A DNA stretch of 64,000 nt, from NCBI GenBank assembly GCA_965116885.1, contig OZ220741.1, forward strand, positions 4,352,001-4,416,000, given 5' to 3'. A program made the translations under genes and the position numbers. Below, piece after piece: positions 59,309 through 64,000 of this stretch. Numbering within the stretch: position 1 is the stretch's first letter; every line of letters starts with the position of its first letter. The notes below the pieces were generated by a model. It was given only the letters and a program-made list of their open reading frames with translations. It made no database searches and had not been told where the DNA came from. Source of the stretch: Candidatus Latescibacterota bacterium (GTDB lineage: Bacteria; Latescibacterota; UBA2968).

Positions 59309-61294
59309 CTATCGGTGCCGACGCATTAGGCGGAACTTGTAGTCGGGTAGAAGGGAATAGGTCTGTTTGGTCTTTAATTCGCAATCGGGCGGATCGAGAA
59401 CCAACTCGGCCTCGCGGAAAATGGTCGCTATGTTGAGCGCAATGAGCGCCTCGGCGAGGCTGGCACCCAGGCATCGGTGTGCTCCTACGCCGAAGGGGGC
59501 ATAGACTCCAGGCTGTCGATGTTCAGCGCGTTCTGCGCTGTAACGGTCGATATCGAAACGCTCTGGATTGGGAAAATATTCCGACATCAGGTGCGGTATG
59601 GTGAACGCAATGAGAAGGGTCTCGCCAGCGGAGACCTTATAGCCCTCAAATTCAAATGAGTTGGCTACCGTGCGCAATGATAGTGCTGGAGAAAGGGGAT
59701 AGAGGCGCATCGTTTCCATTGCCGTGCGGTGCAGGACGTCGAGGTGACGCAGACCGCTCACCTCAGGCATACCCTGGTCAAAGAGGGCGTCTGCTTCAGC
59801 AATTACCTGCTCGCGCAGATCGGGGCGCTTCAACAGTTCATATAACATGAAGGCACACATATTTGCCGCGGTATCAAGACCGGCCGTGAGAGGACCCAGC
59901 ACCTCTGCTTCTAAATCAGTCTCGGGAAGAAATTGCGGATCCCTGTGGTGCAGTTCCAGCAAATGGTCAATTGCATCCAGTGGCTTGTTGCGGCGTTTTT
60001 CTGGTTCGTGATCTGCCAGAATGCGCTGAGTCAGTTCCTCCATTCGCTTGAAGGCACGCCGGACGTGTGGTCGATATAGCATCAGCCTGGGTTGCTGCCG
60101 CATGATATACGTTTTTATCTTGTTGTGAAAAGAAGTGATCAGGTCGTCTAAGTAATCCCGCAAAGGCATGCTGATGGCCAGCACACCGAGCTGATCTAAG
60201 ACGATGCGCTGCCAGGTGTATAAGCCCGGCAGCGGCTTGTCCTGGGGCCATCCAGCGATATCTTGTTGAAGAACGTGGACAACGTCTGCCACACGGCCTT
60301 CAATGAGACGGTGTGTGTACACATTCGCCAGTTCTTTGCGCATGCGAATATGCTCGGGGCCAACCATACTGATTATGGAACGTCCGACTCCATCAGCTTT
60401 ATTGTAATCCACCCAGCCTTCAAGCGTGCGAAAGTACTTACCCCCTCGCTTTGCGAAGGTATTCGCCTTGGGACCTGCGAGGACGACGAAGCGGCGATTG
60501 AATGCCTTGACGCGAAAAATCGGACCTAAGTCTCGGTATTGTTTGACGAGAAACGAGCGCAAATCGCGCGTCATGCCGATGGTGTTGCCAATAAGCGGCA
60601 ACCCCGGTGCCTGTGGTATCTCCTTGCGCGGACGAGGGGAGGCGGATGATGGGCGGGGGGCTCTCTCAAGCTCTCGAATTGCTCTGGTGACCGATTGCCC
60701 GATCAGGTCCATTTTGCGAATCAGTTCGATTCGGTCTTGCACTTCAGACAATTCCGACTGGGACAGAATATTCTTGAAAACGCCGCAGGCATCCGCCAGA
60801 CAGATAATGACGATGTCACGCGGATCTGGAATTTCATCGGTGAACAGTACGCGCATAATGCGTAACTGAACTTCTTCTACTGTTTGTCCATCAATGGTTG
60901 GATAGCGTCGGGAGCGCGACACCAGACGCGAAAGGAGGAAGATATCTTCGGATTCGGACTCCAGAATGCCCCGGTTGATCAGTCGCGCAAGTGCTTTATC
61001 GCGAATTTCGTCGCCCCGTTTGGCTATTTGTGTGATCCAATAGCTGGTATCTCGTGTATTCGTATCCCGTACGATGTCGGCAAGAGTGGGGTCAAGCAGG
61101 TCGTCTTCGAGAGGCATGGCATCAGCCAAAAAGAGATGCTCGAGATCGGTATCGATGCGGTTTTCCAAGGCCAAATCCATCAATACGGCTCCGGCAAGAG
61201 CGATATTCAACGAGTGCTGTGCAAGACCGGGTGCGAAATCGCCTCGGTCTTCGTCGTGAAGGAGTAGAAGTATTTCTTCAGCAAATCTTAGCAT
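59309..61294 (-). CDS. GPP34 (GOLPH3-like) domain fused to cytochrome P450
   Basis: N-term EEILLLL.D...ALAGAVLMDLAL..RI; P450 AGLDT, ETMR, PERF, FGVGAHRCLG. Confidence 0.88.
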   Translation of the reverse strand: MLRFAEEILLLLHDEDRGDFAPGLAQHSLNIALAGAVLMDLALENRIDTDLEHLFLADAMPLEDDLLDPTLADIVRDTNTRDTSYWITQIAKRGDEIRDKALARLINRGILESESEDIFLLSRLVSRSRRYPTIDGQTVEEVQLRIMRVLFTDEIPDPRDIVIICLADACGVFKNILSQSELSEVQDRIELIRKMDLIGQSVTRAIRELERAPRPSSASPRPRKEIPQAPGLPLIGNTIGMTRDLRSFLVKQYRDLGPIFRVKAFNRRFVVLAGPKANTFAKRGGKYFRTLEGWVDYNKADGVGRSIISMVGPEHIRMRKELANVYTHRLIEGRVADVVHVLQQDIAGWPQDKPLPGLYTWQRIVLDQLGVLAISMPLRDYLDDLITSFHNKIKTYIMRQQPRLMLYRPHVRRAFKRMEELTQRILADHEPEKRRNKPLDAIDHLLELHHRDPQFLPETDLEAEVLGPLTAGLDTAANMCAFMLYELLKRPDLREQVIAEADALFDQGMPEVSGLRHLDVLHRTAMETMRLYPLSPALSLRTVANSFEFEGYKVSAGETLLIAFTIPHLMSEYFPNPERFDIDRYSAERAEHRQPGVYAPFGVGAHRCLGASLAEALIALNIATIFREAELVLDPPDCELKTKQTYSLLPDYKFRLMRRHR

Positions 61295-61575
61295 ATATGT
61301 TTCGGGAGAATTTGAGCTTTCCTCAGTTTGTATTCACTTACTTTTCCAATATGGCAAAACGGATTGACGATGGTCATATAACAGGCATTTCGGATTAAAT
61401 AGGTCTCAACCGCGCCGTCCGGATCCGATGCACTGCCGAAGAGCCTCACCCTGTCGCCCACATTAACCGTCTGATTGGAACCGACCTGTACATTGGGCGG
61501 GTGATTTGACTCACAGCCTGCGAACAGGACAACCAGTGCAAGCAATATGAACGTGATCAATTTGTTGTGTGTCAT
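61288..61575 (-). pseudogene. Truncated duplicate of the PKD/FGE lipoprotein 5' end
   Basis: MTHNKLITF...ASDPDGAVETY, then unrelated sequence from about 61398. Confidence 0.85.
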
Positions 61576-61688
61576 TTTACTCCCACCCATAGAGGCTGTG
61601 AATGTGTGAGCAGACGGCTTACACATCTCCAGTCAATTTGGGTTAAAACTGAGGGATGATTGTAATCTGCCTGAGGCACACCGCACAC

Positions 61689-64000
61689 CTATCCCGAGCA
61701 ATTCGAGCCTGCGGCATCTTCAATGCCCTGAAGCCACGCCTGAAAGGCAGCACCAAGCGGCGCACATAGCCCTGTGTTATTAAAGTAAAATTGCTTCAGC
61801 TTTGTCAGCCCGGTCAGGCTTTGCGGAAGCGCACCCATCAAGGATGCGTTATCCTGGAGCCACAGAGTCTCAAGATTGGACAGCTTGCCCAATTCTGGTG
61901 GAAGCTCGCCACCCAACTGATTACTGTAAAGATACAGTCCTGTAAGATTGGACAGATTGCCCAATTCTGGTGGAATCGCACCTTCCAACTGATTACTGTA
62001 AAGATACAGTTCCGTGAGATTGGACAGATTGCCCAATTCTGGTGGAATCGCACCGCGCAACTGATTGGTGTTAAGAGCCAGTATCTCAAGGTTAGACAGC
62101 TTGCCCAATTCTGGTGGAAGCTCGCCACCCAACTGATTGTCGCCGAGGTCCAGGGTAGTGAGACTGGACAGATTGCCCAATTCTGGTGGAAGCTCGCCAC
62201 TCAACTGATTGCCCCAAAGATGCAATTGCGTGAGATTGGAAAGGGCGAACAATTCGGAGGGGATTGCGGTCAGTTGATTACCTCCCAGATAGAGCCATCT
62301 GAGCGCGGTCAGGTCATCAAAGAAACCATCGGGCAAGCTACTGAGTTGATTCCCTTCCAGGCTGAGCGTTGTCAGACCGGTCAGACCAGAAAAATCGCCA
62401 GACTTCAATTCTGTGAGGTTTGCATTATCCAAAATGAGAGAATTTATTGCAGATAGATGCTCCGCGGTCACATCGCCGCAAGCACTTACAGGCACTTGTG
62501 CCACAATCCTGTCGCGTACTGCATCCGTGCGGTCACATACCGACAGCCCCACTCCACAATTCGAGCCTGCGGCATCTTCAATGCCCTGAAGCCACGCCTG
62601 AAAGGCAGCACCAAGCGGCGCACATAGCCCTGTGTTATTAAAGTAAAATAGCTTCAGCTTTGTCAGCCCGGTCAGGCTTTGCGGAAGCGCACCCATCAAG
62701 GATGCGTTATCCTGGAGCCACAGAGTCTCAAGATTGGACAGGTTACCCAATGCTGGTGGAAGCTTGCCACTCAACTGATTGCTGTGAAGAATCAGTCGCG
62801 CAAGGTTGGACAGATTACCCAACTCTGGTGGAATCGCACCTTCCAACTGATTACTGTAAAGATACAGTTCCGTGAGATTGGACAGATTGCCCAATGCTGG
62901 TGGAATCGCACCTTCCAACTGATTAATGTAAAGATACAGTTCCGTGAGATTGGACAGATTGCCCAATGCTGGTGGAATTGCACCTTCCAACTGATTGCTG
63001 TGAAGAGCCAGTATCTCAAGGTTAGAAAGGTTACCCAATGCTGGTGGAATTGCACCTTCCAACCGATTGTTGTAAAGAGCCAGATGCGTGAGGTTAGACA
63101 GATTGCCCAATTCTGGTGGAATTGCACCTTCCAGTTGATTAGTATGAAGCCATAGGCCCTCAAGGTTAGAAAGGTTACCCAATGCTGGTGGAATTGCACC
63201 TTCCAACCGATTGTTGTTAAGAGCCAGATGCGTGAGGTTAGACAGATTACCCAACTCTGGTGGAATTGCACCTTCCAACCGATTGTTGTAAAGACCCAGA
63301 TGCGTGAGGTTAGACAGATTGCCCAATTCTGGTGGAATTGCACCTTCCAACCGACTGTTGAAAAGAATCAGATGCGTGAGGTTAGACAGATTGCCCAATG
63401 CTTTGGGAATCTCACCACTCAACTGAGTGTCGTTAAGCCATAGTTCCGTAAGGTCAGATAGATCGCCCAATTCTTTTGGTATCTCGCCACCTAACCGATT
63501 TCTTTCAATATCCAGTACCCTGAGATTGGACAGATTACCCAATTCTGTTGGGATTCCACCATCCAACCGATTATCGTAAAGAGCCAGGTGCGTAAGATTA
63601 GACAGGTTGCCCAATTCTGTTGGAATCTCGCCATCCAACCGATTGCCCCAAAGCCATAGTTCCGTAAGTTTGGATAGGCTACCCAATTCTTTGGGAATCG
63701 CACCACCCAACTGATTGTCGCTAAGACTCAGGAATGTAAGATTAGACAGGTTGCCCAATTCTTTTGGAATCTCGCCACCCAACAGATTACGGGTAAGACT
63801 CAGGTACGTAAGGTTAGAAAGGGCGAATAACTCTGAGGGGATTGCAGTCAGTCGATTATCTCCCATATGGAGCCAACTAAGCGCGGTCAGATCATCAAAA
63901 AAACCATCGGGCAGGCTACTGAGTCGATTCTCTCGCAGGTTGAGCTTTGTCAGACCAGTCAGACCAGATAAATCACCCGCCTTCAACTCTGTGAGGTTGC
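61689..64000 (-). CDS. Plant-type LRR protein, paralog of 48877..51741 (5' end outside window)
   Basis: Same caps and 24-aa repeats, different repeat number and order. Confidence 0.9.
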   Translation of the reverse strand, partial: NLTELKAGDLSGLTGLTKLNLRENRLSSLPDGFFDDLTALSWLHMGDNRLTAIPSELFALSNLTYLSLTRNLLGGEIPKELGNLSNLTFLSLSDNQLGGAIPKELGSLSKLTELWLWGNRLDGEIPTELGNLSNLTHLALYDNRLDGGIPTELGNLSNLRVLDIERNRLGGEIPKELGDLSDLTELWLNDTQLSGEIPKALGNLSNLTHLILFNSRLEGAIPPELGNLSNLTHLGLYNNRLEGAIPPELGNLSNLTHLALNNNRLEGAIPPALGNLSNLEGLWLHTNQLEGAIPPELGNLSNLTHLALYNNRLEGAIPPALGNLSNLEILALHSNQLEGAIPPALGNLSNLTELYLYINQLEGAIPPALGNLSNLTELYLYSNQLEGAIPPELGNLSNLARLILHSNQLSGKLPPALGNLSNLETLWLQDNASLMGALPQSLTGLTKLKLFYFNNTGLCAPLGAAFQAWLQGIEDAAGSNCGVGLSVCDRTDAVRDRIVAQVPVSACGDVTAEHLSAINSLILDNANLTELKSGDFSGLTGLTTLSLEGNQLSSLPDGFFDDLTALRWLYLGGNQLTAIPSELFALSNLTQLHLWGNQLSGELPPELGNLSSLTTLDLGDNQLGGELPPELGKLSNLEILALNTNQLRGAIPPELGNLSNLTELYLYSNQLEGAIPPELGNLSNLTGLYLYSNQLGGELPPELGKLSNLETLWLQDNASLMGALPQSLTGLTKLKQFYFNNTGLCAPLGAAFQAWLQGIEDAAGSNCSG

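Noticed and set aside
62792..63343. Repetitive alternative-frame ORFs (QFHQ.W.IC repeats)
   Set aside because: Out-of-frame reading of the LRR repeats.
39184..64000. Prophage
   Set aside because: No capsid, terminase, tail or replication genes recognised.

Overview
Bacterial window of about 50-55% GC. Its gene content (EF-hand/dockerin-like LRR proteins, FGE-sulfatase proteins, DUF6785/M28-FtsX cluster, PhyH dioxygenase, many TA modules) suggests a Latescibacterota/Gemmatimonadota-like, possibly host-associated lineage; this is inference. Positions 1-39 kb are mostly core/metabolic genes: GT2-radical SAM-GT2, DmpA, SSS transporter, larB, dusB, a Ser/Ser dapF, a sulfite oxidase-family enzyme, hydrolases and an unusual 3-gene membrane cluster. 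They are interrupted by two decayed toxin-antitoxin islets and a low-GC tandem DUF262 (GmrSD-like) defence pair. After tRNA-Phe (39.1 kb) lies a plastic accessory island. It carries (1) a sigma54-driven operon encoding a tyrosine recombinase fused to a P-loop ATPase and membrane anchor, plus a YdjM-type hydrolase; (2) IS3 and tyrosine-recombinase relics absent from the ORF track; (3) secreted proteins sharing a signal-peptide module; (4) two paralogous plant-type LRR proteins with reshuffled 72-nt repeat units; (5) a beta-propeller sigma54 activator divergent from a sigma54-promoted LRR gene; and (6) a GPP34-P450 fusion next to a sulfotransferase. All family calls come from motif recognition by eye; no database searches were run.
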